Part shown: positions 37,162 to 47,482 of the stretch, piece after piece | How positions within the stretch are numbered: the stretch's first letter is position 1 | Layout: every line of letters starts with the position of its first letter | Notes under the pieces: model-generated | The model's input: the letters and a program-made list of their open reading frames with translations, nothing else | Database searches by the model: none | Told to the model about the DNA's origin: nothing | Made by a program: the position numbers and the translations under genes | Assembly (NCBI GenBank): GCA_015232565.1 | Contig: JADFZK010000006.1 | Location: forward strand, 796-64,795 | Direction: 5' to 3' | DNA length: 64,000 nt | Source: Candidatus Omnitrophota bacterium | GTDB taxonomy: Bacteria; Omnitrophota; Gorgyraeia; Zapsychrales; Fredricksoniimonadaceae

Positions 37162-37627
37162 CGGAACAATTCTATTTATCGGTTTTTTTCTGGCCTTCGG
37201 CCTGGGTCTATTCCCGGTGCGTGCGCTGGCTGCGAATGCCCAGCTCGATGCGGTAGGCGCTTTGGAACTGGCCATTATCAATCTGGCCGATCCTTTTAAG
37301 TCGAAGATCAAGGTGGTGGTGGAACCGGTGATAGTTAAGCCGGCGGTTAAGCCGGAAGCTCCTCCTCCGCCCGTAAAGAAAGATCCACCCAAGGTGGAGA
37401 TCAAGCCGGTACTGCCGCCGGTCATTACTTTACCGGCCATGAGTTTGACCGGGATAATGTTCAGCAAGGTTCGGCCGATGGCCATAATTAACGGCGAGGT
37501 GGTGGAGCCCGGGGATTCTTTGGCGGCGGGCAATGGAGTGGTTAAGCTGATCGAGATAAAAAGGGACAGTGTGCTGGTGACTTATTCCGGCAAGACTTTT
37601 ACTATAGCTACAAGCCAGGAGGAATGA
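37136..37627 (+). CDS. PilP-like pilot lipoprotein (signal peptide, Pro-rich linker, C-terminal beta domain)
   Basis: MKRPKVRNSGTILFIGFFLAFGLGLFPVRALA; a PPPPVKKDPPKVEIKPVLPP linker; directly upstream of the secretin. Confidence 0.5.
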   Translation: MKRPKVRNSGTILFIGFFLAFGLGLFPVRALAANAQLDAVGALELAIINLADPFKSKIKVVVEPVIVKPAVKPEAPPPPVKKDPPKVEIKPVLPPVITLPAMSLTGIMFSKVRPMAIINGEVVEPGDSLAAGNGVVKLIEIKRDSVLVTYSGKTFTIATSQEE

Positions 37628-39060
37628 TGATCAGACAGCGGTTGATACTGCTTTTTTCGTTTTGCTTTTTTTTGCACACCGGGCTTTTGTATGCGGCCAA
37701 GGGGGAAACGGCGGGTTTTGTTCTGCCGCAATATTCCCAGCGGATCTCCCTGGACTTCAAGGGGGCCGACCTGAAAGACGTGCTGAAAGTTTTTTCCAAA
37801 CAGATCGGGGCCAATTTTATTTTCGACAAAGACGTGCAAATGGGCACCACCACGGTTTTTCTGGATAATGTGCCGGTGGAAGAAGCCTTGATGCAGGTGT
37901 TGGAGTCCAACGGCCTTACTTACGAGTACAATGAAGGCATGAACCTTTTTGTGATCAAGACCAAAAAGGAGGACGAGGAAACGTTGGTAACCCGGATGTA
38001 TCCGCTTAATTACGCTTCGGTGGATTCGTCAAAAATGAAACTTACCGGTGGCACCAGCAGTGGTGCTATTGGTGCTTCCTTAAAATCTGTGTTATCGTCA
38101 AAGGGCAAAGTCGTGGACGATGCGCGTACCAACAGCCTTATTGTTTCCGACCTGGAGAAGAACTTCCCGGAGATCGAGCGCATGATCGCGCGACTGGATG
38201 TGCCGCTTAAACAGGTTTTGATCGAGGTAGAGATGCTGGATGTTTCCAAGAGCACCTCCGATACGCTGGGTGCGAGATTTAATCTGGTAGGTAGCTTTAA
38301 GACCGGCACCATGACAACTCCGTTTCCTTTTAATAATCTGGCTAACAAAAACGAGACTGACGGGCGGACGTTTGAGCCGGCGACTTTAACTCTTTCTGAA
38401 GCGGGTGTTGTATTAAGTTTTTTGAAGAGCAAAACAGATACCATCAGTCTGGCTCGTCCACGAATAACGACCAATGAGAATGAAACTGCAACTATTCAGA
38501 TAGCCACCGATGAAGCTATCGGCATTAAAACTACTACAGCTACAGATACTACTTCACCCGGGCAAGAAGTTGAGCGCTATCAAACCGGAGTTTTTCTGAC
38601 TGTTACGCCACAGGTTAATAGATTAACCAATGAAATTTCCCTGGCAATTGAACCTAGAGTTATTGATGCTTCGATCGAGAAAACTTTTAATGGTATTGAT
38701 TATAAAAACCCCGAAGAACGTAGTGTGAAGGTGATGTTACGGGTACCTAACGGGCAATCCGTTGTTATTGGTGGTTTACTGAGGCGTACAAAGTCGGACG
38801 GACGCACTAGTGTGCCCTTCCTTGGTAGTTTGCCATTGATCGGTGCTGCTTTTCGGAGTTCCGAAAAAGAAAACAATGACCGCGAGTTAATGGTTTTCTT
38901 AACGCCTTATGTACTGGAATCCAGCCAGCCTTTACCGCAAGAGTTAAAGACCGAGATCAATAAACAGTTGCAACTTCGTGAACAAACTACGTCCGACCTG
39001 CGCAGTGGGGCAGTTAACCGCGAGCTGGATATGCTTAACCGTTTCAACAAGGAACGCTAA
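37624..39060 (+). CDS. pilQ: type IV pilus secretin
   Basis: Signal peptide; an N0/secretin-N-like region; C-terminal secretin domain motifs (VPFLGSLPLIGAAFRS…ELMVFLTPYVL). Confidence 0.85.
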   Translation: MMIRQRLILLFSFCFFLHTGLLYAAKGETAGFVLPQYSQRISLDFKGADLKDVLKVFSKQIGANFIFDKDVQMGTTTVFLDNVPVEEALMQVLESNGLTYEYNEGMNLFVIKTKKEDEETLVTRMYPLNYASVDSSKMKLTGGTSSGAIGASLKSVLSSKGKVVDDARTNSLIVSDLEKNFPEIERMIARLDVPLKQVLIEVEMLDVSKSTSDTLGARFNLVGSFKTGTMTTPFPFNNLANKNETDGRTFEPATLTLSEAGVVLSFLKSKTDTISLARPRITTNENETATIQIATDEAIGIKTTTATDTTSPGQEVERYQTGVFLTVTPQVNRLTNEISLAIEPRVIDASIEKTFNGIDYKNPEERSVKVMLRVPNGQSVVIGGLLRRTKSDGRTSVPFLGSLPLIGAAFRSSEKENNDRELMVFLTPYVLESSQPLPQELKTEINKQLQLREQTTSDLRSGAVNRELDMLNRFNKER

Positions 39061-39068
39061 GGGTAAAT

Positions 39069-40802
39069 ATGGCACGTCTTCGTTTGGGAGAGCGGTTGAT
39101 CAAGCAGGGCCTTATAACCGAGGCCCAACTGCAGGAAGCTCTTGACGACCAGAAGAAAGACAAGCTCCCGGTGGGGGAGATACTGGTTAACAAAGGCTAT
39201 CTTAAAGAGGAGGACCTGGCCGCGGCCATTGGTTCCCAGCTTTTGATCCCGTATGCTTCGCGTGCTTCCGGGATGCTTAACCCTCAGCGCCAGCAGAACC
39301 TGGAAAAAATAATTCCCTACGAGTTCGCCAAAGAGCACCTGGTTTTGCCGCTTAACCATAATATGAATTCGCTCACCTGCGGCATTTTTAATCCTTTCGA
39401 TCTAATAATGATCGACAACCTTAAAAAGATCACCGGTTGCGAAATTAACTTCGTGATCGCCACGCGTACCGACCTGCTGAAATCCATCCTGGAATTCTAT
39501 GGCAATATTTCCGGCGATTCCAAGGCTGGCGGCAGTGTGCTGTGGGGCGAGGCCTTACAGCGTTCACGCGATATGTCGCCGGCGAGCAGTGTAATTGTAA
39601 CTGACGATGCCAGCGAAGCCGAGTTGAGCCTGGACAAGGTTATCGCCAAGGCCGAGGAAGCGCCGGTCATCAAGCTGGTAGACCTTATCATCCGCCAGGC
39701 GATCGACGAGCGGGCCAGCGATATCCATATTGAGCCTTTCAAGGAAAAAGTGGAAGTGCGTTACCGCATAGACGGCGAGTTGTACCAGATCCCTCCGCCG
39801 GCCAAGCATTTGCATTTGCCCATTGTTTCGCGTATCAAAATTTTGGCCAAGCTCGATATTGCCGAAAAACGCTTGCCGCAAGACGGGCGCATTTCGGCCA
39901 AACTGGAAGACCGCACGGTAGACTTGCGTGTTTCGTCCTTGCCCACGGTGTGGGGCGAGAAGATCGTAATGCGTATTCTGGACAGCGACGCTATCAAGCT
40001 TCAGCTGGCCACGCTGGGTTTCGAGCCCAGTCAGCTGGAGATAATCCGTAAAGGCCTCAAGGTGCCTTACGGCCTGCTTTTTGTTACCGGGCCGACTGGC
40101 AGTGGTAAATCTACTACTCTTTATTCGGCTTTAACCGAGGTGCTGGACCCCACCAAGAACATTATGACCGCCGAAGACCCGGTGGAGTTTCGTATAGAAG
40201 GGGTTAACCAGGTGCAGGTGCGGCCCGACATCGGGTTTACTTTTGCCGAAGCTTTGCGCTCTTTCCTGCGCCAGGACCCGGATATTATAATGGTCGGCGA
40301 GGTGCGCGATATCGAAACCGCCCAAATTTGCACCCGCGCCGCGCTTACCGGCCACTTTGTGTTAAGCACTTTGCATACCAATGACGCCGCTTCGGCCATT
40401 ACCCGTTTGCTAGACATGGGTATACCCAGTTACCTGTTAACGCCTTCCTTAACCATGATAATCGCCCAGCGTTTGGGCCGCAAACTGTGCCCGCTGTGCA
40501 AGGAGCCTTACGAACCCAAGGTGGAGGACCTCGGCGATGTAAAGCTTAAGGCCGACCTGATCTACCGGGCCAAGGGTTGTGACAAATGTTCCCATACCGG
40601 CTATAAAGGCCGGCTGGTAATTGCCGAAGTCCTGTTGATAGACGACGAGATCCGCCGTATTATTGGTAACAATGGCACTTATACTGAACTGCGCGACGCT
40701 TCGCGCAAGAACGGCATGATGACCCTGTTTGAAGCCGGCTTGCGTAAAGTTGAAGCGGGGATTACCAGTTTGGAAGAGATCTTCGGAGTGACCGCGGGGT
40801 AA
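39069..40802 (+). CDS. pilB: type IV pilus assembly ATPase PilB/GspE (set 2)
   Basis: T2SSE_N domain, Walker A VTGPTGSGKSTTLYSAL, GEVRDIETA, and CPLC…CDKC tetracysteine. Confidence 0.9.
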   Translation: MARLRLGERLIKQGLITEAQLQEALDDQKKDKLPVGEILVNKGYLKEEDLAAAIGSQLLIPYASRASGMLNPQRQQNLEKIIPYEFAKEHLVLPLNHNMNSLTCGIFNPFDLIMIDNLKKITGCEINFVIATRTDLLKSILEFYGNISGDSKAGGSVLWGEALQRSRDMSPASSVIVTDDASEAELSLDKVIAKAEEAPVIKLVDLIIRQAIDERASDIHIEPFKEKVEVRYRIDGELYQIPPPAKHLHLPIVSRIKILAKLDIAEKRLPQDGRISAKLEDRTVDLRVSSLPTVWGEKIVMRILDSDAIKLQLATLGFEPSQLEIIRKGLKVPYGLLFVTGPTGSGKSTTLYSALTEVLDPTKNIMTAEDPVEFRIEGVNQVQVRPDIGFTFAEALRSFLRQDPDIIMVGEVRDIETAQICTRAALTGHFVLSTLHTNDAASAITRLLDMGIPSYLLTPSLTMIIAQRLGRKLCPLCKEPYEPKVEDLGDVKLKADLIYRAKGCDKCSHTGYKGRLVIAEVLLIDDEIRRIIGNNGTYTELRDASRKNGMMTLFEAGLRKVEAGITSLEEIFGVTAG

Positions 40803-40805
40803 TTT

Positions 40806-42038
40806 ATGCCAAAATTCTTTATTACATTCAAAGATAAAACCGGCAAGAACAAAACCTCCCTGGTTGACGACCGCGACAGCAATTCGGCGGTGGCGGGTGT
40901 GCAGGCGCAGGGTTTTTATGTTATCGCCGTGCAACCTATGGAAGAAGCCGTGCCCAATGCGCCGGTTTCCGCGGCGGCCCTGCAGAACCGCAAGTTCACG
41001 CACAACAATGTGCGCCTGATGGACATTGTGGTGTTCGCCCGTCAGCTGGCTACCATGCTGGAATCCGGGGTGCCGCTGTTAAGGAGCCTTACGGTTATTT
41101 TAGACCAGCTGGAAAGCCGTCAGCTGGCGATGGTGGTGGCGCAAGTGCGCGCCGATATCGAGCAGGGCCTGGCTTTCAGCAAAGCGCTGGAAAAACACCC
41201 CAAGGTTTTCAGTCAATTTTGGGTGAGCCTGGTTGAAGTGGGCGAGGCTTCGGGCACCATGCCCAAAGTGCTTAAGAAGCTCACCGAGTACGCCGAGGAA
41301 AGTGTAAAATTCCAGTCCCAGCTGGTGGGGGCAATGATCTATCCCGGTGTTCTGCTATTTATCGTGACCCTGGCGGTGCTGGCTTTTGCCTTGTTCGTAG
41401 GGCCTATTTTCGAGAAGGTCTTTATGGACATGAAGATGGAACTGCCCGGGATCACTTCGTTTATGATGGGCTTGTTCAAGTTTATCCAGACCAAGTTCCT
41501 TTTTATAATAATGGGTATCACGGGTTTTGTTTTTGCTTTCAAAGCTTATGCTGCAACGGCGGGTGGCCGCTGGCAGATCGAGATGTTGCTTTATAACGTG
41601 CCCACGCTGGGCAATATTATCCGCCTGATCGTGGTGGAGAAGTTCACCTCCCAGATGGCTATTCTTATAGAAAGCGGCGTGCCCATTCTTTACGCGCTGG
41701 AGATCTCGGAGCGTTTGGTCGACAATATGGTTTGTGCCGCGGTGTTAAAAGATGTGCGCGAAGATGTGCGCGAAGGCAAACTGCTGGCCGATTCGCTGGA
41801 GAAAAGCACATTTTTTCCGTCGATGGCAGTGCAAATGATCCGCGTAGGCGAGGAAACCGGCGAGCTTTCCAAAATGCTGGGGCACGTTTCGGTGTTCTAT
41901 AAAGAACAGGTGCAGGAATTCATGAAGAATATCTCGGTGCTGATAGAGCCCGTGATGCTGGTAGTAATGGGCGGCGTAATAGGCACCATGGTGGTGGCGA
42001 TGTTCCTGCCGCTATTGTCTATCTCTACCGGCGGTTGA
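40806..42038 (+). CDS. pilC: type IV pilus platform protein PilC/GspF (set 2)
   Basis: Two T2SSF repeats; 410 aa. Confidence 0.85.
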   Translation: MPKFFITFKDKTGKNKTSLVDDRDSNSAVAGVQAQGFYVIAVQPMEEAVPNAPVSAAALQNRKFTHNNVRLMDIVVFARQLATMLESGVPLLRSLTVILDQLESRQLAMVVAQVRADIEQGLAFSKALEKHPKVFSQFWVSLVEVGEASGTMPKVLKKLTEYAEESVKFQSQLVGAMIYPGVLLFIVTLAVLAFALFVGPIFEKVFMDMKMELPGITSFMMGLFKFIQTKFLFIIMGITGFVFAFKAYAATAGGRWQIEMLLYNVPTLGNIIRLIVVEKFTSQMAILIESGVPILYALEISERLVDNMVCAAVLKDVREDVREGKLLADSLEKSTFFPSMAVQMIRVGEETGELSKMLGHVSVFYKEQVQEFMKNISVLIEPVMLVVMGGVIGTMVVAMFLPLLSISTGG

Positions 42039-42216
42039 GTTTTGTAAATATGGGTGTGCACGCGGCGTTCTTTGGTAATACTAAAAAATCACTTTTCTCT
42101 TTTATATTCAACTTTGTGTGCGATAATATTTTCATTAACTCAATACCCAAAGCTACGAAAGGAGACTAAAGGTTTCGAAAGATAAATATCATATACCAAA
42201 ATTAAAAGGAGATCTT

Positions 42217-42669
42217 ATGAACAAAAAAGGTTTTACGCTGATCGAAATCATCATAGTAATCGTTATTCTGGGCGTACTGGCTACGCTGGCCTTGCCGCGT
42301 TTGACGGCGCAGGTTGCTGCTTCCGAAGCCGCTGAAGCTATGCAATTTTTGGGGGTTATTAAGCGTGCCGCTTATTCATGTTATGACTCAGCTGGCAACT
42401 ATGAGAATTGTCAAACCAATACCCAATTAGGCGTGATCATTCCTGGAGGGGCTAAGTTTTCCTATTTCAGAGATGTTGTCACGTCTGGTGATGCGACTGC
42501 AACCTGGTGGGCTAGGGCGACACGTGCAACAAATACTGGAATTATGATGACTGTTGATAGCCAGGGCGTAACATCTTTTGGGGCAAACCCTGAGGGACCT
42601 TTCTTGGGAATTGTTAATAAAACTGGTTCAACAGTTGCTTGGGCTGCAATACCCGCGGATGCGTTTTAA
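42217..42669 (+). CDS. type IV pilin (probable major pilin)
   Basis: MNKKGFTLIEIIIVIVILGVLATLALPR; strong RBS AAAAGGAGATCTTATG; AT-rich leader; followed by a strong terminator. Confidence 0.8.
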   Translation: MNKKGFTLIEIIIVIVILGVLATLALPRLTAQVAASEAAEAMQFLGVIKRAAYSCYDSAGNYENCQTNTQLGVIIPGGAKFSYFRDVVTSGDATATWWARATRATNTGIMMTVDSQGVTSFGANPEGPFLGIVNKTGSTVAWAAIPADAF

Positions 42670-42685
42670 TTTAAACAGTTAGAAA

Positions 42686-42722
42686 GGAAGGCGGCTTGCA
42701 CTCAGGGCGCCTTCCTTTTTTC
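42686..42722 (+). terminator. rho-independent terminator after the major pilin gene
   Basis: GGAAGGCG-loop-CGCCTTCC followed by TTTTTTC. Confidence 0.65.
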
Positions 42723-42726
42723 TTCT

Positions 42727-43134
42727 ATGCCAAAACAAGGCTTTACCCTAATTGAGATCATTGTAACCATTGTCATTATGGGCGTGCTAGTGACTTTGGC
42801 AGTGCCGCGCTTTACCTCCCAGCAGGAACGGGCTGTTTTCTCTGAAGGCATTTCCGCCCTGCAAATGATGTTCGCCGCCCAGCAACGCTATTTTATGGAT
42901 CATGCAAGTTTTGAAGCTGACGCTACATGTTATTTTTTAGACGTAGAGCCGAGGGCTAGGAACTTCAGTATTGCTTGTGCTGATCCTGGTGCAGCCGGAG
43001 GGGTTATTGCTACTGCGCAACGCAATAGTCCACCGGGTCCGAATTATACTATAACGGTAGATAATAACGGCGCGTATCAATGTGCTAGTTGCACCGGAAG
43101 TTTATCCTATCTAGAGCGCGGCTTGCCACGGTGA
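42727..43134 (+). CDS. type IV pilin/pseudopilin
   Basis: MPKQGFTLIEIIVTIVIMGVLVTLAVPRF. Confidence 0.75.
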   Translation: MPKQGFTLIEIIVTIVIMGVLVTLAVPRFTSQQERAVFSEGISALQMMFAAQQRYFMDHASFEADATCYFLDVEPRARNFSIACADPGAAGGVIATAQRNSPPGPNYTITVDNNGAYQCASCTGSLSYLERGLPR

Positions 43135-43135
43135 T

Positions 43136-43609
43136 TTGAATATGAGTAAACAAGCTTTTACAATGACCGAACTAATTGTGGTAATGGTGATAATCAGCAT
43201 TATTGCCGCTTTCGGTGTGCCTAGTTTTAATAAAACGATGACTCGCGCGCGAGCCCGGGATGCCATTAATAACCTAACTATCATCAGTGCGGCACAGGCT
43301 TTGCGTAATGCAAACTTTGGTTCTTATTTTACAGCTGACAGGTTGAGCGGGGCTGATCCTGCTATTAACACTGGCTTATCTCTTCAGCTTCTTTCTAACA
43401 ACGATATTCCCTATACTTGTGCCCAGATCTTAACGCCAAACCTTTGTATTGCAACACTTCCTAGCAATACCCAAATAATGGTTAATTTGACCTTACCCAT
43501 TGTCAAAACCGGGTCAATTTTATGTGCTGCTACTGGGCCTGTTGTGGGAGGAAGCAATCCTTGTTGCTTGAATGCTGATCCTATCTTGGCTCAAAGGGAT
43601 TGTCCCTAG
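43136..43609 (+). CDS. type IV pilin/pseudopilin
   Basis: MNMSKQAFTMTELIVVMVIISIIAAFGVPSF. Confidence 0.7.
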   Translation: MNMSKQAFTMTELIVVMVIISIIAAFGVPSFNKTMTRARARDAINNLTIISAAQALRNANFGSYFTADRLSGADPAINTGLSLQLLSNNDIPYTCAQILTPNLCIATLPSNTQIMVNLTLPIVKTGSILCAATGPVVGGSNPCCLNADPILAQRDCP

Positions 43610-44100
43610 ACTTAGATTGTATATGTTACCGGTTCCCTACATTTATGAGTACTTTACCCCCCCAAAGAAACTTTGTTACCGTGGCTGAGGTTGTTAGAGT
43701 TACTTTGTTAAATGCCCTAGCTTGTTGCTGCAGGGCGTTATTGGCCCGGCGATTAGACAGTGTATATTCACGTTGCGCGTTTTCCTTGGTTGAAGTTATA
43801 GTAGCGGCGGTTATTTTTACCGTTTCCATCGCCTGCATATTCGGCGCCGTGCGCTCTTTGGCGCAACAACCGGTCTCTAAATCTGCTGAGGATACAAGAT
43901 GTGTGCAATATGGGCAAAGGTTTCTCGCCTCGTTGCGTAATGAAGTGGATGCCGGAACATGGGGTGCGGGTCCAATTGCTCTTGGTAATGGGCAACCTCT
44001 TCCTGTTGATCTTGATTTTCCTGGTTGTAGTGGGACATACAATGTTGTTTCAGATGCCAATGGAAGTCGTAGAGTAATATTAAATATTGCCTGGCCATAA
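43600..44100 (+). CDS. pseudopilin-like protein with atypical leader (…SRCA|FSLVEVIVAAVIF)
   Basis: A pilin-type hydrophobic helix with Glu+5 but no canonical Gly before Phe. The true start (possibly TTG/GTG) is uncertain. Confidence 0.45.
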   Translation: MSLDLDCICYRFPTFMSTLPPQRNFVTVAEVVRVTLLNALACCCRALLARRLDSVYSRCAFSLVEVIVAAVIFTVSIACIFGAVRSLAQQPVSKSAEDTRCVQYGQRFLASLRNEVDAGTWGAGPIALGNGQPLPVDLDFPGCSGTYNVVSDANGSRRVILNIAWP

Positions 44101-44187
44101 TTAAGGCTTTCGAATATGTCCATCCAGTTAAAAGAGTGTATCGGTTTCGTAGGCCCAAAGGCCCCACCCGGCCCCATAGGGGCCAGG

Positions 44188-44805
44188 ATGTGGGGGGCCG
44201 ACACAAGGTCGGCCCCTACGCTCAATAATTCTTACGACCTGTTTAATAAACACAGCTCTTCCTCGAAAGGTATTACTCTTACCGAATTAATTGTAGCGCT
44301 GGTCATTGTGAGCATAATGATGGGTGGTATTTTTGCGGCCAATCATGCGGTAATGAGTTTGGATCGTTCGGGTACTGATCGGGCGGCATTGTATATAAAA
44401 GCGCAAGTCATAGTTGATACTATCGCTAACGATGCTATGTTGGCCGTTGGCAATGCTTCAAGTTTTGGTTATGAGGTGAATTCAGTTGCTAATTCTGCAA
44501 ATTATCTTAGTTTTAGAACTTCAATGGATCCAGCTGAATCTTGGATTGTTTATTCTTTGTTTGATTCCACAGGCACTGTGTATGGCAATGTTCTATACAG
44601 GTGCGTTGGTGGTGGTACGGCAGACGAACCGTGTGCCGCTGTTAATCCTTTTTCAAGAACTAGAATCGGTGAGATATCCAGCGATTTCTCGAACGCTGTT
44701 TTTGACGCTGACGGCTTCAGAATGCCCGTCACAGTAAGAGACGCTACCATTAATTCAGAAGTTACCCTGGAAGTTGTGGCATATCCTGAAGGGCATACTT
44801 TTTAG
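44188..44805 (+). CDS. minor pilin-like protein with long leader (…HSSSSKG|ITLTELIVALVIV)
   Basis: The track ORF starts at 44116. The in-frame ATG at 44188 is immediately followed by a GC-rich 9-bp hairpin (44194-44216). The prepilin-like motif sits ~28 aa in. Confidence 0.5.
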   Translation: MWGADTRSAPTLNNSYDLFNKHSSSSKGITLTELIVALVIVSIMMGGIFAANHAVMSLDRSGTDRAALYIKAQVIVDTIANDAMLAVGNASSFGYEVNSVANSANYLSFRTSMDPAESWIVYSLFDSTGTVYGNVLYRCVGGGTADEPCAAVNPFSRTRIGEISSDFSNAVFDADGFRMPVTVRDATINSEVTLEVVAYPEGHTF

Positions 44806-44807
44806 CC

Positions 44808-45560
44808 GTGCACTGCTTTTACTGCGTCCACCTTTCGCCGCACCGCGAGCAATTAATTATTGACGATCCTGATGAAGTGCATCATTTGGCCCGAGTGTTG
44901 CGTGTACGGCCCGGAGACGAAGTGGAACTTGTTAATGGCCGGGGGGTCTGGGGGCGGGCACGTTGTTTAAAGATAGCCAAACAAACAGTCGAAGTTGTGC
45001 TTTTGCAATGCCAGGAAACTCCCGTCTTTAATTCCGTCAGGACCGTTCTGGCCTGCGCTTTACCCAAACGCGCCCGGTTCGACGATATTATCGAGAAATG
45101 CACCGAGCTGGGGGTGGATGAGATCGTGCCCCTGATCACCGAACGCACCGAGGCAGCGCCCAACCAGGAGGCGCTTTTGCGCATGGCGGCCAGGTTTAAT
45201 AAAGTTGTGCTGAGCGCGTCCAAGCAATGTAAGCGCTTGTGGTTTCCGGTTGTGTATTCACCTATGCTTTTTAGTCAGGCAGTCGATGTTTTTGCCATTG
45301 ACGGCAATGCCCTGTATTTTCCCTGGCTGGCAGGCGAGCGCAAGCTGTTAAAAGATGCAATGGGCCAATCGTCCGACAAGATCTTAAAGGCGCGGGTTTT
45401 CTTTATTGGCCCGGAAGGGGATTTTACTGCCGCAGAAGCGGCTTATGCGGTTGGCAAAGGCGCGGTGCCGGTTTCGCTGGGGGCTACGGTGCTAAGGGTT
45501 GAAACCGCGGCTATTGCGGTTGCGGCGTATGCGCATTTTATTACCGGAGGCTCTTCGTGA
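44808..45560 (+). CDS. rsmE: 16S rRNA (uracil1498-N3)-methyltransferase
   Basis: RsmE N-terminal PUA-like and C-terminal SPOUT motifs (…FIGPEGDFTAAE…). Confidence 0.85.
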   Translation: MHCFYCVHLSPHREQLIIDDPDEVHHLARVLRVRPGDEVELVNGRGVWGRARCLKIAKQTVEVVLLQCQETPVFNSVRTVLACALPKRARFDDIIEKCTELGVDEIVPLITERTEAAPNQEALLRMAARFNKVVLSASKQCKRLWFPVVYSPMLFSQAVDVFAIDGNALYFPWLAGERKLLKDAMGQSSDKILKARVFFIGPEGDFTAAEAAYAVGKGAVPVSLGATVLRVETAAIAVAAYAHFITGGSS

Positions 45561-47482
45561 AGTGGTGGGTGTCTTTGCCAGTCGTGCATAAGAAGTTCTT
45601 GGCAATTATCTTTTTGATAATTGCGACACTCCTTTTATATTCGTCGTTGTTTCAGGCTGATTATTTAAATTGGGACGACAAGGCCCATGTATTAGAGAAC
45701 CCGCTTATAACCAAACCTCAGGGGTCGTTTTTGTGGAATGTCTTTACCGAGGAGAATACAGCTAACGGCACATATATCCCTTTAACGGCGGCATCATTCT
45801 TCCTGGAGAAACAAATATTTGGTTTTGTGCCGGCTATTTCGCACGCGATAAATTTGTTTCTTCATATTTGCAATGTGATCTTGATTCTTGTATTGGGCCA
45901 GTATTTGGGGCTGTCATTTCTGGCGGCTTACGGGGCGGCTGTGCTTTTTTCGATTCATCCCATGCATGTTGAGTCGGTAGCCTGGGTAACAGAACGCAAA
46001 GATGTTTTGTATAGCTTTCTTTATTTGTCATCGTTGATCCTGTATTGTCGTTTTCAGGACACCGGCCAAGGCAAGCTTTACATTTGGGCTTTGTTGCTGG
46101 CGGTGGGCAGTGTGTTTTCCAAGCCCATGGCTTTGAGCCTGCCTTTGGTCTTGTTCTTAATTGATTTCATCAGAAATAAGCCACTGAACGGTAGAACGCT
46201 TTTGCAAAAGCTGCCTTTTGCGGCGGCGGTTTTTATGATAGCCGGGATCACTTTTGTTTTGAACAGCCGGCCGGTGGATTTTACCTTGCCATCTTCGCTG
46301 TTAATATGGTTATGGTCGGCATTCTTTTATATAAAGACGTTCTTTCTGCCGATCGCGCTTTCGCCAATTTATGATATTGCCAGGCCGGTTAGTATTCTTA
46401 ATCCTGAATATTGGATCGCTGTTCTTGGGGTAACAGGATTATTGACTGTGCTGTGTTTCAACTTAAGAGCGCGCTGGTTGATCTTTGCACTGGGTTTTTA
46501 CGTTTTCTCGGCTTTTTTCCTTTGGCGTTTTGATGTTTTTGATCCAGCTATTGTGGCCGACCGGTTTATGTATCTGCCAAGCTTGGGAATATGTTTCTTT
46601 CTGGCTTATGTTCTTGAGCGCTTTCTGGTTAAAGGGCGGATTGTATTCAATAAACCAGCATTATTTGTTTTGCTTGCAGTATTTATTGTTTTAGGCGTAA
46701 CGACTGTTCGACAGTTGTGTGTATGGCGAAATTCCTGGACTTTATGGAGCCGGGTTTTGGAATTAAGGCCTGATTTATATTTTGCGCATTACATGCGCAG
46801 TCAATCGTTAGCGGATAATAATTTTAATAAAGAAACCGATCGTTATTTTGAACAGTTTATTCTGAGTAAGTTGTCGTCTGTATTGGTGACGCCTGATGAG
46901 GTGGTTCTTGTTCGAAGTAAGTTGCCGTATTTTAAATCTTTGCTGGCTTTGCGCTGGCTTCGCAGAGATTTGGCCAGGCCTTTGTGGAAGAAGAGCATGT
47001 TTCAGGAAGTTGGGCTTGATTTAATTTATAAGGCCTATATAGACGAACTGCTTTTCATTGGGAACTACCGCAAGGCTTTGGATTATATTCAGAAAAAGGC
47101 AATGCATGTTTTCCCTACTGGAGAAGATTATGTCGTCATGGGGGGGTGTTATACTAACCTTCGCCTTTATTCCAAGGCCTTTGAAGCGTTAACAAAAGCG
47201 GTGCAAGTAGCACCGAATAATTATAATGCCTATCTGGCTCGGGGATCGGTGTCGGTATTGATGGGAGATATAAAAAAAGCTTTCTCTGATGTGGAGCATT
47301 TAATGCGGATCGATCCCAAAGCGTCTGATGGTTACGACCTTCTTTTTAACATGCTGGTTTCTTTAAACAGGTTGCCCGAAGCCCGGCAAGTGCTGGATAG
47401 AGAGCGTGTTTTGTTCCTCAAAGATCCGCAAGTGTTGCGGCATGCCGGTATTTATTCTCAACAATATGGTAAAAGCCAATGA
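45557..47482 (+). CDS. TMTC/DUF1736-like GT-C membrane glycosyltransferase with C-terminal TPR repeats (paralog 1)
   Basis: About 11 TM segments with the signature HPMHVESVAWVTERKDVLYSFLYLSS, then C-terminal TPR-like repeats; 641 aa. Confidence 0.75.
   Translation: MKWWVSLPVVHKKFLAIIFLIIATLLLYSSLFQADYLNWDDKAHVLENPLITKPQGSFLWNVFTEENTANGTYIPLTAASFFLEKQIFGFVPAISHAINLFLHICNVILILVLGQYLGLSFLAAYGAAVLFSIHPMHVESVAWVTERKDVLYSFLYLSSLILYCRFQDTGQGKLYIWALLLAVGSVFSKPMALSLPLVLFLIDFIRNKPLNGRTLLQKLPFAAAVFMIAGITFVLNSRPVDFTLPSSLLIWLWSAFFYIKTFFLPIALSPIYDIARPVSILNPEYWIAVLGVTGLLTVLCFNLRARWLIFALGFYVFSAFFLWRFDVFDPAIVADRFMYLPSLGICFFLAYVLERFLVKGRIVFNKPALFVLLAVFIVLGVTTVRQLCVWRNSWTLWSRVLELRPDLYFAHYMRSQSLADNNFNKETDRYFEQFILSKLSSVLVTPDEVVLVRSKLPYFKSLLALRWLRRDLARPLWKKSMFQEVGLDLIYKAYIDELLFIGNYRKALDYIQKKAMHVFPTGEDYVVMGGCYTNLRLYSKAFEALTKAVQVAPNNYNAYLARGSVSVLMGDIKKAFSDVEHLMRIDPKASDGYDLLFNMLVSLNRLPEARQVLDRERVLFLKDPQVLRHAGIYSQQYGKSQ

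Noticed and set aside
36498-37169. 223-aa minus-strand ORF overlapping the PilO-like gene
   Set aside because: It is antisense to a gene that fits the pilMNOPQ context and has a low-complexity Ser/Thr/Leu-rich translation.
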